The notes under the pieces were generated by a model. The model worked only from the letters and a program-made list of their open reading frames with translations, searched no databases and was not told the origin of the DNA. Both the position numbers and the translations under genes were made by a program. From contig NC_043005.1 of assembly GCF_006345805.1 (NCBI RefSeq), positions 73,222,001-73,286,000 on the forward strand: a DNA stretch of 64,000 bases, read 5' to 3'. The stretch is from Octopus sinensis. Taxonomy: Eukaryota. Positions 13,563-27,692 of this stretch are shown here, one piece after another. Positions within the stretch are counted from its first letter, which is position 1; every line of letters starts with the position of its first letter.

Positions 13563-13873
13563 TACTAGCACTATGACCCGGCGTATACAGCTGCATGCGT
13601 GCGCACATACACGCGAGTACTGTCCAAATCTCTGACCAATCACATACAGCTAGCTGGCATTCAATTGGCGTATCAAGTTTCGGGCATTTTGATTGGGTTT
13701 TGGATGGAAATTTCACAAAAATGTCACTTCCATTGGGGAAATGTAAAGATGTGTAAGACCACCCATGGACGGTTTTGAATGTCCATAGAAAATGCGTGCC
13801 CTCTAACTGAAAAATTGTGGATTTGTATAAAGGACACACACACAGACATTTTGCCGTTTATATATATAGAGAT
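13563..13873 (+). mobile_element. Helentron/Helitron-associated MITE (HINE/DINE-1-like)
   Basis: Starts actagc..gacccggc and has an internal hairpin ccatggac..gtccatag. A subterminal (CA)n precedes the ttttgccgtttatatatatagagat end. The layout resembles known HINEs. Confidence 0.55.
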
Positions 13874-14029
13874 TTTAACAAAATTAGCGCTTTCATACAT
13901 ATTGTACTCATCAGATTTCAAATATGTTTAACTGACAGTTTTTTTAACGACTTTAGTATCTCGTAGAACGCTCCAACCACCTAAATTTTTAGAATATACG
14001 TGTGGGCGCGCATGCATGAGTGTGTGAGT

Positions 14030-14200
14030 GTGCCTTTGTTCCCGTGTGTGTCCCTCCACTTGACAACCGGTGTTGGTGTGTTTATGTGTTTATGTCCCGG
14101 TAACATAGCGGTTCGACAAAAAGAAACCGATAAAATAAGTAGTACTGGGCTTAACAAAAATAAGTCTTGGAGTCATTTTTTGGATTATGACCCTTCTAGG
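14030..14200 (+). mobile_element. SINE family A, degenerate 3' half
   Basis: cttgacaaccggtgttggtgtgttta..gcggttcgacaaaaagaaaccgata. Confidence 0.75.
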
Positions 14201-14359
14201 CTAGTTTTGTTATAACCCTTCAAACAATATTTTCAGAATTTTAATCTCTAATGTGTATCCCATATCAAAACAACAGCGACAACAACTACATGGTAGATTG
14301 CAATTTTGGAATAAGCAGTTGTGCGTCAAGAGGACACAACTTGGATTTTTCCTACCTAC

Positions 14360-14406
<47 letters not shown>

Positions 14407-14902
14407 AAGAGAGAGAGATAGATAGATAGATACATACATACATACATACATACATACATACATACATACATGCATGCATACATTTTGTGTAATATGGATC
14501 CATAGAACCATGGAAAGAGTTGAAGGATTTGTGTAATCACAATATTCTATATCTGTACTGATTTGTAATTGCATAGCGTGCGTATTAGTGCAGCCATGTA
14601 AACTAGTTTCTTATGCACAGGAATTATAATTACATGCTGAAGACTACGAAACGGCCGTAATCCTAAGGATAGAAAGTGGCTAAATAGGCATCTTCACCCG
14701 TAATACCCCCTACAAATTGTTTGGAGACACAAGGTGCGTTATGTAAATCTGCCCAACCACAGTTGGTAAAAAATTATTAGTAACTTTTTATTTTAAATAA
14801 TGTGTAATTTAGATGATACATGTATATGTGTGTGTATTTGCGAATATGTATATTGCGAAAAGTTAATTTAATGTCCTCTCTCTCTCACTCTCTCTCTCCA
14901 CA

Positions 14903-14940
<38 letters not shown>

Positions 14941-14949
14941 GTATATGTG

Positions 14950-14996
<47 letters not shown>

Positions 14997-15702
14997 ACAA
15001 TTGAGGGTAAAATTAATTAATCAATTTCACCAAGTGTTCAGTATGTAAAAGGACCATTTAAGGCGAATTCAAAATATTACATTATATAATTAGGGCTTAG
15101 TAAAATAAATTACTTTGCCACATACTGAACTTAATAGAAATAGCAGCCAAAAAAATTTTTTAGCCATTTCTACTACTTAAAGAAAATTTCTCTCAGATAA
15201 TGTTTACTCAAGATAACTCACGAAGGTATGGAGGTAAATACAGAAAAATATCACATGTACAAAGATCGTTTGAGAACGTCAACGTTTCTAGATTAGCCAA
15301 ATAAAATCAGCATTTCTTTCGTCAGCTCAAAATTTCTTAATTTGGATTTGGAAACACTAAAAAGAAAGAACTTTACCTCTCGGCGAACTTATCACCTCAG
15401 ATGAACCAGCTCAAACTGCCAGAGCTAACAAATTCAAAATGCGCAAGTGTAGATTCCTTCACTCCTCTTCCACCCACGTGGTCTATCTAGTAAACGTTGA
15501 CGTTCTCAAACGATCTTTGTACATGTGATATTTTTCTGTATTTACCTCCATACCGTCGTGAGTTATCTTGAGTAAACATTATCTGAGAGAAATTTTCTTT
15601 AAGTAGTAGAAATGGGTAAAAAATGTTTTTTGGCTGCTATTTCTATTAAGTTCAGTATGTGGCAAAGCAATTTATTTTACTAAGCCCTAATTATATAATG
15701 TA

Positions 15703-15709
<7 letters not shown>
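14997..15709. mobile_element. Fold-back element F2 (~220-bp arms, ~190-bp spacer) between (TA)n tracts
   Basis: 15071-15292 is the near-perfect reverse complement of 15485-15709. Confidence 0.9.
15270..15330 (-). ncRNA. Type I hammerhead ribozyme motif, intact core
   Basis: ttgag CTGACGA aagaaatgctgattttatttggctaatcta GAAA cgttgacg TT ctcaa. Helix I is a perfect 5 bp; helix II is imperfect. Confidence 0.72.
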
Positions 15710-15764
<55 letters not shown>

Positions 15765-15799
15765 GATCATTAACGTGGCTATTCGCAATTAACAACCTA

Positions 15800-16263
15800 A
15801 AGGCACAAGTATATCGTCACTGAGGCTGACTGAGGGTGCTGGTGCTGACTACGAACCTCAGTCAATTTAGTGATGACTATATATGTATATATAGATTTAA
15901 AAATTATGACATTTCTCTTTTTGAAAATCAGTGAATGTTTCGCTGAATACATATGCATAAAACCTTCGAACAGACGGTCAACGGCGATCCTTGGTGGACT
16001 CGGCCGCCCTACATTGCTAGGCGGCAACTACCCTGAAACCGGTCCGTGGGTGCCAAGCCAGCAATGGGAAGTTGATAAGCTCTCCTGTTCAAAGGTGTTA
16101 TGGACGCATATTTGTGCGTCATATAGCTTGCTAGAGCCGATCACCTCTCGGAGCTACTCAGCAACAGTCTCTGGACTGCCACGTTAGTTCAGCAATAAAT
16201 ATTAATATCTACCCCAGTACTGCTGCTGTTTCTTTCCTTTAGAGAGATCTAGAAATTATAACA
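15800..16263 (+). mobile_element. GC-rich repeat, possible solo LTR
   Basis: GC-rich island with AATAAA at ~16194 and an ..ttataaca end. No TSD or PBS found. Confidence 0.25.
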
Positions 16264-16265
16264 GA

Positions 16266-16305
<40 letters not shown>

Positions 16306-17394
16306 CATATACATATGTAATATATAAGCACATACACATTCATGCCGCACACGCATTCATTTGCATACAGATTCATATAGAGACGCCCAAACACTCCTTT
16401 TTATGCGTATATGTATATAACATTTTTCATATATTTGTGCACATGCATGTGTGTGTGTGTATGCATGTGGGTGTATGTATTCATGTATCTGTACGTGTGT
16501 ATATGAAAGGAAACAAAAATTTGTAAATCTATTCAGAAAGTATTGAAATGTTGAATATCAACTTGTTATTTTTTTCGTTTTGCTTTAAAAACCACAACGA
16601 TATTTCCGTTGCATTATTTTATTGCAGAAGTAAATTAACATGCTATTTGATATTTACCGCTTCGATGATTTTCAATAAAAAATAATCTTACCAAGAACAA
16701 TTGAAAATAAATTATATGAAACACGGTCGCTGTCACTTCTTTTCCTTCTCCTGTCTTCTGTAAACATTATTACTGAGCTTAAACAAAGCTTTAATCCTTC
16801 GCTGCTGCCTAATTTGTTTGCTGTCATTAAAACATGGCTGGTTACTTGTATAATACCATACCATACTTGTTAGTGATTTGTATTACAGCGTCATCACTAA
16901 ACATTCAGACTAATCGCTTCGGCCATGCAATTAATCAATACGCTGTCTGAAAACTAAAACGCATGTTCTGTCGCATAAAGACATTGCAATTTTCTGTATG
17001 AGGACATATATGAAAGCATCATTTGTTGGAATCTAGTCTCTGATACCCTTTCTCATTAAAATTTGATTGACAGCTTTAAAGGAATCTAAACGCCGATGTT
17101 TAATAAAGTAGAATAAAACCATGAAGCTTTCATTAATGCTGTCTTTTGTGCAGTTGCTGTTGTTTATCCCGTTGATAGCCTGTAAATCAAATCTCTATAA
17201 AAAACGAAATTAGATGAAGTATTTCGAAGCCAGTATTTGCCAAATCCAAAAGCCCGTTGTTCTTGTGTATTTGTTTCGAAATGGGATTTTCTGCAAATCT
17301 ATGGCAAGTTTTCAATAAAGGAGGACACACAGCGAGATATTTCATAATTGTCTGCTTATTAATTGAGTCAGGAGAAAGTGTACATTAGAAATGA

Positions 17395-17988
17395 GTTAAT
17401 TTAAACCACATCTCACATCAACACAAGTCACTTCGAAATCTGAATTGCATCAAAAAAAGTCATGCTGCTAATTTGGTGGGATTGCAAAGGCGTTGTGTAT
17501 TTTGAGCTGCTTCCAAGGAACAAAATGATCAATTCAGAAGTTTATCGTCAAGAACAAATGAAACTGGTGGAAGCAATCAAAGAAAAACGGCTAGAATTGG
17601 CAAATCGTAAAGGAATCGTCTTCCACCATGACAACGATAGACTGCACATCTTTGCTAACTCGTGAAAATTACTGGAGCTTGGTTGGGAATTGATGTCACC
17701 ATATAGCCCTGATCGAGCACCATCAGATTACCATTTATTTCGGAGTTGGCAAAATGTTTTGAATGGCAAAACCTTCAATAATGATGATGACCTGAAATCG
17801 CATTTGCTTCAATTTTTGGCTGATAAGGACCAGAAGTTCTACGAGTGCGGAATCATGAAGTTGACAGAAAGATGGCAAAAGGTTATTGAACAGAATGGAA
17901 AATAAATAAATGATTAAAGTTCGTTCTTTGTATTAAAAAAAATGAGATATTTCACACTAAAAACCGAAATTCCTTTCTTACCAACCCT
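17395..17988 (+). pseudogene. mariner (DD34D) transposase relic with right TIR
   Basis: KKVMLLIWWD..GVVYFELL, HHDN and YSPDRAPSDYHLF..ERWQKVIEQNGK. Right TIR-like aaaaccgaaattcctttcttaccaaccc at ~17960-17988. Frameshifted, with the first catalytic Asp region deleted. Confidence 0.93.
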
Positions 17989-19379
17989 CGACTAGCCACC
18001 CCTTCATGAACTTTCTGGCTTTGGACCAAAAATTTGAATTCATTATCAACTAGATTTGAATAAACATCGTTTCTCAGATAAACTTACATCTTATTCAGTG
18101 ATTATCTCAAAAAGGGGTTCACAGCAGATATTTTATATCTATGAAACACATTTTATCTTCATACATCTGTAGGCATTTTTCAGATGATTTCATCTGAAAG
18201 CCAGGTGCTATATAAGATTTCCTTTACTTTTACTTTTATATTTAAAAATGGGTTGATGTTATCATTGGAAATTAAGCTAAAACTCTGTTGAATGCTAAAT
18301 TTGAAGACGGATACATATACCAAATACATTCATATACCTCATCCTCTTGATATGTGCTCGTCAAAGTGAATAAATCATTAAAGTACCTTGATGTGCTTAT
18401 GGTCAAGAATAACTTTTGTTTTCACCACTGGCTACAATCACATAGGATGCCACAAATTTCAGCCCGTCTAGAGAACCCATATTCGTAGTGAATAAAAGTA
18501 ATCTTTCTATATAATAATCATTTAATCAGAATATTCCGAATTCCGAACGACAATTAGCAGGATTCCTTATAGAAACCATTTAAATCTCGTTACAATATAT
18601 GAAAATGTTATAGTTCGGACGAGTCAAAATTGTTCTCCGTCCCACCGCACAATTACAGAAAGTATACACTATCTATATGCAGCTGAAGAAACAAACCCCA
18701 ACCAATTATCTAATATACTACCATTCCGCTGATGGTTTAGATTTAAACTTAATTGTATATCTATAGAAAGCTAACCTGACGGACGAAGTTAGTTCGTCAA
18801 AGAAAGAAAATTTAATATTTCAAATGTTATTAAATATAGCTGCTACCGTTGTCACAGCCAATATCATTGTTTAAGCCACTAATGATATCCGGGATGCCGA
18901 AAGATATTTCAGAAAGGGCGTGCTAGTAGTTTGCTTTTCGGATACTACTCAAATCAGCCATACTGAGTTTGGTAAGAGCAGAGTAGAATTGTTTCTGCTT
19001 AATGTCAGCCATGTATTTTGTGTCAACATGGAGAACGTTGTATTTATCAACAAGGGGTGTAAATGACGAAATAGCGAACTTGCAGTTGTATGTATTGTTA
19101 GTTCAGGCGGAAATGTGTGAAAGACTAATCAACGAGTGAAAGACTAATCAACGAGTGAAAGATCATGTGAGTGCATCCCAGTGAGCTTTGCGAAGAACCA
19201 TAGAGTCAAAAGCGTGTGCTGCTGGGAGATCATTCGGTATCTCATTTGATTGCCTGAATCTTAAGCTTCAGCTAAGCATATCTTGACCAGGGAGAAGAGT
19301 TTATTTTTGTCCACTGCATTTTAGATAGTGTTCCTGTGATTATTTTAGATTTATAACCAATGTTCTCTTGCTAAATCTC

Positions 19380-19560
19380 GTCCCCATGAGCACGAATTTA
19401 GTATAGAAAAAAGTTGAAAAGTGACTCTAATACTTCTTTGTCTGCGATTGTAATGCGCAACATACATGTTTCCAAGGGATGAGTTGTCCAGTCAAAAAAG
19501 GAGAAATTAAAAATTACCTATCATTAAAATAGTACTAGATTGGCATTGGTGGATAACAGT
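19380..19560 (+). pseudogene. Possible APE endonuclease relic of a LINE
   Basis: tgcgattgtaatgcgcaacat = CDCNAQH (resembles GDFNAHH), followed by IVLDW (resembles ILDL). Very decayed. Confidence 0.3.
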
Positions 19561-19619
19561 CTTTGATATATATATTTACATACATACATACATACATACA
19601 TATACATATATATATACAT

Positions 19620-19660
<41 letters not shown>

Positions 19661-19692
19661 CATACATATATCTACATACATACATACATACA

Positions 19693-19777
<85 letters not shown>

Positions 19778-19954
19778 ATATAAGCGTTTCCGTGAAATTT
19801 TTTAAGTACTGTTATTCTCTTATTCCACGTAGAAATACATTACAGACTCAAAGATATCGGTTCAGAGATTTCTCAGTTAATACCTGTTCTTTGTTTTTCA
19901 TATACAGTTATCTATACGTCACCAACACAAGTAGACACATACACGCACACACAC

Positions 19955-19997
<43 letters not shown>

Positions 19998-22619
19998 AAG
20001 ATATGAAATGATATTATACATTCTTCTGCACATGCCTCATTTTCGTTCATATATATGCATACAACACCCATATTTGGGTCTGGGCATTTGCAGGTAAGTT
20101 TGTATGATGCATATGATTCGAGTACTTATTTCTATGAGAAATTATAAAATCGATTACTTAAATTTAAGTTTATGGTGATTAAGTAAATGTTATTGATTAT
20201 TCGTACAGTCAAACAATTGTTATAAAACAATCATTTTATATAATGTATGTGTACACGAAGTAACGTTCTACAAGCTTTTACATCGATGGTGACATCGATA
20301 AACTCCCTTGATGATCATATGTTTCTGACCTAACCACTTTTACCTTCTCTCATAAACTATAGCATTCGTTCTTAGCGAAGAAATCGATATTTTTATAGAT
20401 TGCGTACTTTTGGTTTTGACTGATGCTACGTTGCAAAATCTGTACTGGAAGAGTTGTGACATAAATTAATGTATGTTAATTCTTTTTTTATTTATAGTGA
20501 ATAGTTTATAAAGCTAAATTCACAAAAGTTCGAAACAGTTTCTGATATTCAGAAAGAAATATTTGACTTTCATAATAGTGATAAAAGAAAAAATTGCGTA
20601 ATTCAGTTTCTACCTCCATGAATTAAGTTTATATAAATCAATTCGAGTCTAGTGTGTGGTATTAAATAGTGCCAATAAATCTACAGTCAATAAGCATTAC
20701 CTCTCTCCCTAAGTGACTGTTTATGTTATATTGGGAGCTATGATAAAATCTTACTAAAAATAATGCTAGCCATAAACATTTCCAAGCGGAATGAACTTGG
20801 TGCATAAAGTAAAAGCTTTATTTTGATATTTAGAGATAATCTTTGGTCAGACCGCTTTTACGAAATAATAGAATTTAAGATCTTTTGCGGCAAATACGTT
20901 AATCAATATTCGTCGCTGAATCAAACTTATTCATTAAAGCTGAAACTCCATTTGTCAAATATGTGATATCTTACTGTAGCATACATGGAAATATTTATAG
21001 GTAAAAGTATAAGGTTGTTTAGCATTTTGTAACTTTCGCAGATGCAACAATGAATGACACAGTTCGTTACATCTGGAAGCTTACTTAAAGCTGTCCTTCA
21101 ACCTATAATTCCATAGCTCTTACCTCTTATCTTTATGTTCTGATATGTGCTTCTCGCTAAAATTCTCAAACATATCTTACGTCTAAAGATCACAGTTGTT
21201 TGAAATGTCAAGGTAAAATATTCGTAATCTAGCAGAGTTAAATACTTAAATCTTGAAACAGCATAATACAAAATTCGTTACAAGTATTATTGTGTAGTAG
21301 AAATCGATACTGTAAACGACAAGAGCGCTGTTATATTCAGTTCAATTTTGTTGGCATAGATTGTTGTTTTGAAGCTTCAATCTTGTATAAAATGAAGAGC
21401 GATGACGCCCATTTGATTCTATTTCACTTGGTATATTGCATAACACAAAAGTCTATTTTCCATATATGTTATGGCTTCTATAACTGACAACAGCTCTCAT
21501 TGTAAACTACTTTTGCACAACCGTATTAGGAATTATCGTTGCAAACCACCAAGAAACAGCTATTTATTTCCAACAGTGCTTCCATAGATATACGTTTTAT
21601 GGTTTCTGAAAGAAAGGAAGTGAGATTGAATGAAACAACTTCGGCCAATATTGAAATCAATCTAGACTTGGTTTTCTCGGATAGTTATTTCTAACTTTGA
21701 AAATTTCCGATAGATAAATTTCCATTCATACAAACGAGATAACATCTGTTATCTCAGAGACTATAATCTTCACCCTCTGTCTACCCTAGACTTAAAAGAA
21801 CGCTCATTTTCTAAATCTCCAAATGTATAATACCCTAACGCAAACCAAAAATACACATCCATAAATTAATCTTCTATAATCTCTACTGTAAGCTATATCC
21901 TATTAAATAATTTACATAAATATTTCTCTCTGCATTTGAAGACATAGATATCATTCTCTGGGAATATGCCTCTTTTTAAAAGGAAAAACCACAAATTCAT
22001 ACGTAATGTGGTAATCTCTAGTTTGAGAAGGATACACTGTGCTTTAGAAACGACATTTAATCTTCAGATTAATTCATATCTTTTTTTGTATCTCGTAAAA
22101 TTGCATGGTTGTTGGGTCCTTACGCAACTAGCGTACTGAAGTTTTCGTCACTCTATGCCTGTCTCTGATATTTTCGACAATGCCTATTGAGCTTATATTG
22201 GAAAACTGATGGGGCTGGATGACACTGCTATTCCAGGGATTTTTCATTTGTCCATAGTCCCCAACCCAAAAAACCCTCGGATTAGACGGTACAGTAAATC
22301 TTGCACAAGGCCAAGGATACCTACAAAAATGGACATCAGCGCTCTTAAAATTAATACTTTAAAGAATGCATGTTACCTTTTAGCTGACAGTATCGCCAGA
22401 ATTTCAGAAAACAGGGGGTGCTTTACAACATTCGCTTGATCAAAGACTGCACTCTCTGACAAGCGATAATAACAGCCGTTTACGGGGATGAAATTATCAC
22501 AGAGGGCTCAGCACGAAAGTGAAATTTGTATTGATCATGATGCGGACATAATACACGATAAAAAAATAACAAGAACAAGACCCTACAAACTATAATAGAG
22601 CTCAAAATTTCATACCTCT

Positions 22620-22840
22620 ACAGGCAGTTAACTGAAAAAGTAACTCTGCCAGGCACTTTACATGTCCTGGGCAGTCCTAGTAGAACTGTTACAAACGTTT
22701 GCCACCTTGGCACGGCCAGAATAATCAAGAAAGTATTAGACAGCTGAAAAGAATGGAGAGCATGGTACTGTAGGCTGCAGGTAGCAAGCCCGCTACGCAT
22801 GTAAGATTCCAGGTGTTCCAACAAAAGCTGTGATAAGAGA

Positions 22841-22842
<2 letters not shown>
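22620..22842 (+). mobile_element. R4/Dong-like (RLE) non-LTR retroelement 3' end
   Basis: VELLQ-frameshift-CHLGTARIIKKVLDS*, then a 3' UTR and a (TTA)n tail. Confidence 0.75.
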
Positions 22843-22894
<52 letters not shown>

Positions 22895-22922
22895 GATAAT
22901 AATAGTAATAATAATAATAATT

Positions 22923-22982
<60 letters not shown>

Positions 22983-23005
22983 TAATAATAATAATAATAA
23001 TAATA

Positions 23006-23090
<85 letters not shown>
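22843..23090. repeat. (TTA)n to (TAA)n microsatellite
   Basis: Polarity switch at ~22895. Confidence 0.95.
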
Positions 23091-25869
23091 CAGGAGCAGC
23101 ACAATTCTGTTTGCAGTATATATATGGTAATGATAAATGTGTATGTGAAATATATGTGAATATGATTCAAAAATAATTATTTTGATGGTGGGTAAAAAGA
23201 AATCTTGTGAAAAGCAGCAAAAAGATATAATCATTTGTAATGTTAACTTTATTATACGTCTTTATAGTATTAGACCTAAAACATGAACCCTAGACATCTT
23301 AGCCGGTACCCCTTGAATTATATAAAAATGCAAGCGTTACTCCCTGTTACTAATTTCTTTTTGATATTATTTTAATCCACTCATTACGAAAATGAATCTA
23401 GAATAATCTTCACTAGAGAATATCAAATTATATTTTCCGGTTCTCCATTTTCATCATCTTATTAATTTCTGGATAGCTTATCCATGTTTTTCTGGTGGGG
23501 CCATTTGCCTGGCAAAATATTCATTGGTGGAATGGGACTTCAATTAACCGTCTGCTATAACTTTTTTGTGGTATTCTTTCATGTTGCTAATATCATATTA
23601 AGCTTGTATATAAAAATTAAAGATTTATTGTCTGCTTACTTTGGATGTCTTCCAGCGGTTCTCCAAGAATTTCAGAATTCCGCAACATTAGACATTGTTT
23701 AAAACAAGTGTTTATTCTTCCATTAGTTAAATGTATTCTGTTACCTAATATTTAGGAGAAAAGTTTGTTGTTTCTTTGCGTTACTTCTTGTATGTATATT
23801 TTCTTGATTTTTTTTTTACTTTAGTTATAATTATTAGAATACAAAGGACTCACAAAGTAGTAAATAGTTCCCGTTTGAACAATTAATCAACCTACTTGTG
23901 AGAGTGATGTGATGATGTATGCCTATATACATTCGAGATGTTGGTATTTTTCTAGCATCCATTTAGAAATAGTCGGGTAGATGTATCTCTACTTTGTTTT
24001 ATATCAATGTTGTGCATGAATAAATATAATTTTGTAGGAATCAGAGCTCCAGTATAGATTTTCATATACTTTCGCGCATGCGCTTTATATGTTGATATGA
24101 CGTACTTTTCCTATTCTCATTACTTACTATAATTCTTTATTCGTTGCATTTTATCACCAATTTGTCAGAATTAACGATTTTCTTACAGTAGTAAGCATTT
24201 GAAGTGCGTAATTCTTCCAAGTTATCAATTCTCGATTGACACCTAGAGAAAGGCAAGATCAACTGTAATTTAATATGCGAACATCGATTACGCTTATCCC
24301 ATCTAGATAAATGGTCAATGCCAGGAGACTAGCATTAAGTAAACGGTCTAGAGTCCCTATGCGCTGACACTTGACATGCAAAATATAACAACCAAATATT
24401 CAAATTGCAGTTTCGCGTCGTAAAGAAAGTATATATTAGATATTACGATTTTTTATATATTATAAACAAATAAATATGATAAATAAGTAAAACGGGTTAG
24501 GCTCAACAAGACCTTTTTTTACTATAGTTCTGCTCGCGTAGAGTTGACCTGGGGCTAAAGAAAGGCAACATGTAGTATTAGGGTTCCAAAGGGTTAATAT
24601 TATAGGACGATTGACAGCTTTGAACGTACTATTTCACGCTCCTAATTTGATATAATTAAGTATCAGTTCACGGTTTCTGGTGAACTCTACACCTATTTTG
24701 TAATTAGAAAATTAATTTTAAAGTCTTGGAGTTATATCATTAATCTACTGAGAAATATTTCATAATAAGAATAATTATCTACTTCAATATGTAAAGACTA
24801 ATGTGAGGCTATGAATAAAATCCCGAAGACGTTTAGTCAGACGAACTTATTCATAAGATCACTGTAATTCTCAAAACAGCTGAATAGGATCCCCGAGGTT
24901 TTCTTGGTGAAAGGTTTGTGGTGTTGGCTTCTATAGAAGCTACGATGCGCACTTGTTAGAAGTTACTACCATCATGTGAGGTCCCAACTCTTTATAGCAT
25001 GTTATATCACTGATCTAAAATCAAATGGAACGAACCCCCGTTGACCTTTTCAAAGCCAATGAAATAATTCCGAAGGTATACTGCATTTATTAAAATCATC
25101 TTTACTCTCAGGACGGTGCCAATGAATGAAAAGTTAATGTGTGTGTTCGTGTGAGTGTACGCGCGCGCGCGCGCGTGTGTGTGTTTAAAAATGTGTCTAC
25201 GTGCGTATATGTATGCGTATTTTTGGCAAACACCTCTAAGTAAGATTTTGATTATCCTCTAATGTGAAACTCATTCTATACCTGTCACAAATGTTTAACT
25301 AAACCCTGAATACCGAAACGATTTTTCTATAAACTAAAATATAGAGATTTTGCGAAGAAACGTTAATATTTACTTCATTTATACACTTCGAAATATCGGC
25401 TGATATACCCCTACGCAAAGTTCTGGAGGATATAAGTATATATGTTTTCGCCACCATTGCTTCATAAACAAAACTTTAGTTGCTTATGTGTTTCGAATAT
25501 CCATTCCATCTGGTGCAGTTAAATTAAATGTTTTCAATTATATACAATTATATAAATATATATATATAATTACGAAATGAGGAAACAGCATCGTTTGAAA
25601 GAAAAATGTGCATAGTGCCAAAAATAAAATTATTTTTATAAAATTATCTAAATTACAAAATGCAATTTTATTTTAGGCAATTTAGAAAAATTTCAATTTT
25701 GTATCATTAATTCCACCCTAATAATCAAAGTAGATACTGCAAATTTAAAGTTTTCCTACCGTGTATGCTATTAATGTTGGAGGGGGATTTTATATCGAGT
25801 ATATGAGTATGTTGGTAATTATTTTATAGACACATGAAGGACACATATGAAAGCAAATGAAGAGAAATT

Positions 25870-26440
25870 TAACCACGTCAATATATAAACACATAATGCT
25901 AAGGGGCACGTCAAAATGCTACGAGTCATTTCTTCAGCCTTTTCTGGTTCTGCCAATAAGAACTTAAGTGAGAAGTAGGAAGTTTGAGTCACCAAGAATA
26001 AATACAATAAAATCCAAGCATGAGATTATGAAAGAGAATTATGAGGAGAAATATAAAATAATGCCCGAAGATACAAGTCTGGAGAAAGAATTTATTACAC
26101 TATCATATGACAGTGTAAGAAAAAATAGAGGGTTTTGGTCTACGACAGATTGGTAATCCAGAATGCAAACTATGAACAACAGCGAAAAAGAAAGTAACTG
26201 GATAATGCATTACGTCGTAAAACAATGACGCTTTACGGACATTACGTAGGAATTGAATTTATAAGCAGAGGAGAAGAGAAAAATATGTAGCTGGAGAAAT
26301 ATGATTGTGTTTTTTATGGAACCAATATATTAAACAATGCTGGAATAATAGGGATAATGGGAAATAGTTTCTGGTCGCAGATAAAGTAATGGTCGGTGAA
26401 TATCGGTCAGACATTCAAAAATTTAAGTGAATATATATTC
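25870..26440 (+). pseudogene. Possible LINE 3' relic
   Basis: DNALRRKTMTLYGHYVG resembles the RTE C-terminal RxRRLxFYGH motif. Weak. Confidence 0.3.
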
Positions 26441-26510
26441 ATGCATTTAGCATATGTAAGAATCAATCTATCTATGTGTATATCTATACATACCTACATA
26501 CATATATATG

Positions 26511-26577
<67 letters not shown>

Positions 26578-26754
26578 GCATGCATATATGTATGTATATA
26601 TATATGTATATATATATATTATATATATATATATACATATATTAGCGCACATATATATATACACACATATATGCATACTTGTATAAGTCTGTGTGTCCTC
26701 AAACACACACACACACATGTATATATATATAAATTTAAATTAATAATAAAAAAG

Positions 26755-26973
26755 TAAAATTTAATAATTAAATAGATTAATTAATCAATCAATTAATTAA
26801 CAATTTAACCAAGTAGATCGATACGTTAAAATAACCTTTATAGGTAAAATCATACAAATATTTCATAATAATAAACATAATTATAATTAGGGTTTAGCCA
26901 ATTGTTTCACCACATACCGAATTTAGAAATAGGAGTTAAAATTCTTTTTTTACTACTATAAGAATCTCCATGA
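26755..26973 (+). mobile_element. Fragment related to fold-back family F2
   Basis: aattaatcaat..accaagt..ataattagggtttag..ccacataccgaattta resembles 15005-15190. Confidence 0.6.
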
Positions 26974-27692
26974 CGAGTATATGAGTATGCTGGTAATTAT
27001 TTTATAGACACATGAAAGACACATATGGACGCAAATGCAGCTCATAGTTTGTTTATGGAACTTTCTGCTTATGCTCATATTTGTATGTTTTAAGTGCGTT
27101 TATGAGCTGTTGGTCTAGAGGTATTGGAAAACTAATCGGTTATTCGCATCTACCGACGCGGAAAATTAGCCATTGTATAACTGATATGCCATCATAATTA
27201 CTTTTTTTTCCTTGACGGTCCACAATATAGAAAGTAATGTTTTTAAAATATCAGTTACACGAAAGCGGCAAAGAAAAACTATTGCATAAATACGCTAAGA
27301 AATGATATTGCTAACTAATGTAAATGTTATGTGGTTACATAAATACCATATATATATATATATATATATAAGTCTTGCAAACTTTTCAATAGTTTTAACT
27401 CTTGAAAAGGTTGCAAGACGCAACGGAAATTTTAGAAAAATAAAAATAAGAAAAGAGTGGAAATTTTACCAGTGAGTGTGTTACATTATAAGGCACAAAA
27501 AGAAAATGTCTCTCCCCAGACACAACAGAATATGCTTCAACACATGAACTCATATAAAGAATCTTGCAAACCAAATCCAAAAACGAAATATATATATAAG
27601 CCTAAAGCTAATGGCGATCATCGTGCAATGACTAAGGAAAATAGTCTAAACATGGGGCATATAAGCTATGGACAGAATAATTGTAGAGTTAC

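Noticed and set aside
21560-22610. Possible LINE endonuclease relic (DFNI on - strand)
   Set aside because: A single short motif only; insufficient support.
24819-24891. Hammerhead fossil atcc-cgaaga..aaaa-cagctg-aa-taggat
   Set aside because: Both conserved boxes and UH are mutated and there is no helix II; too decayed to support.
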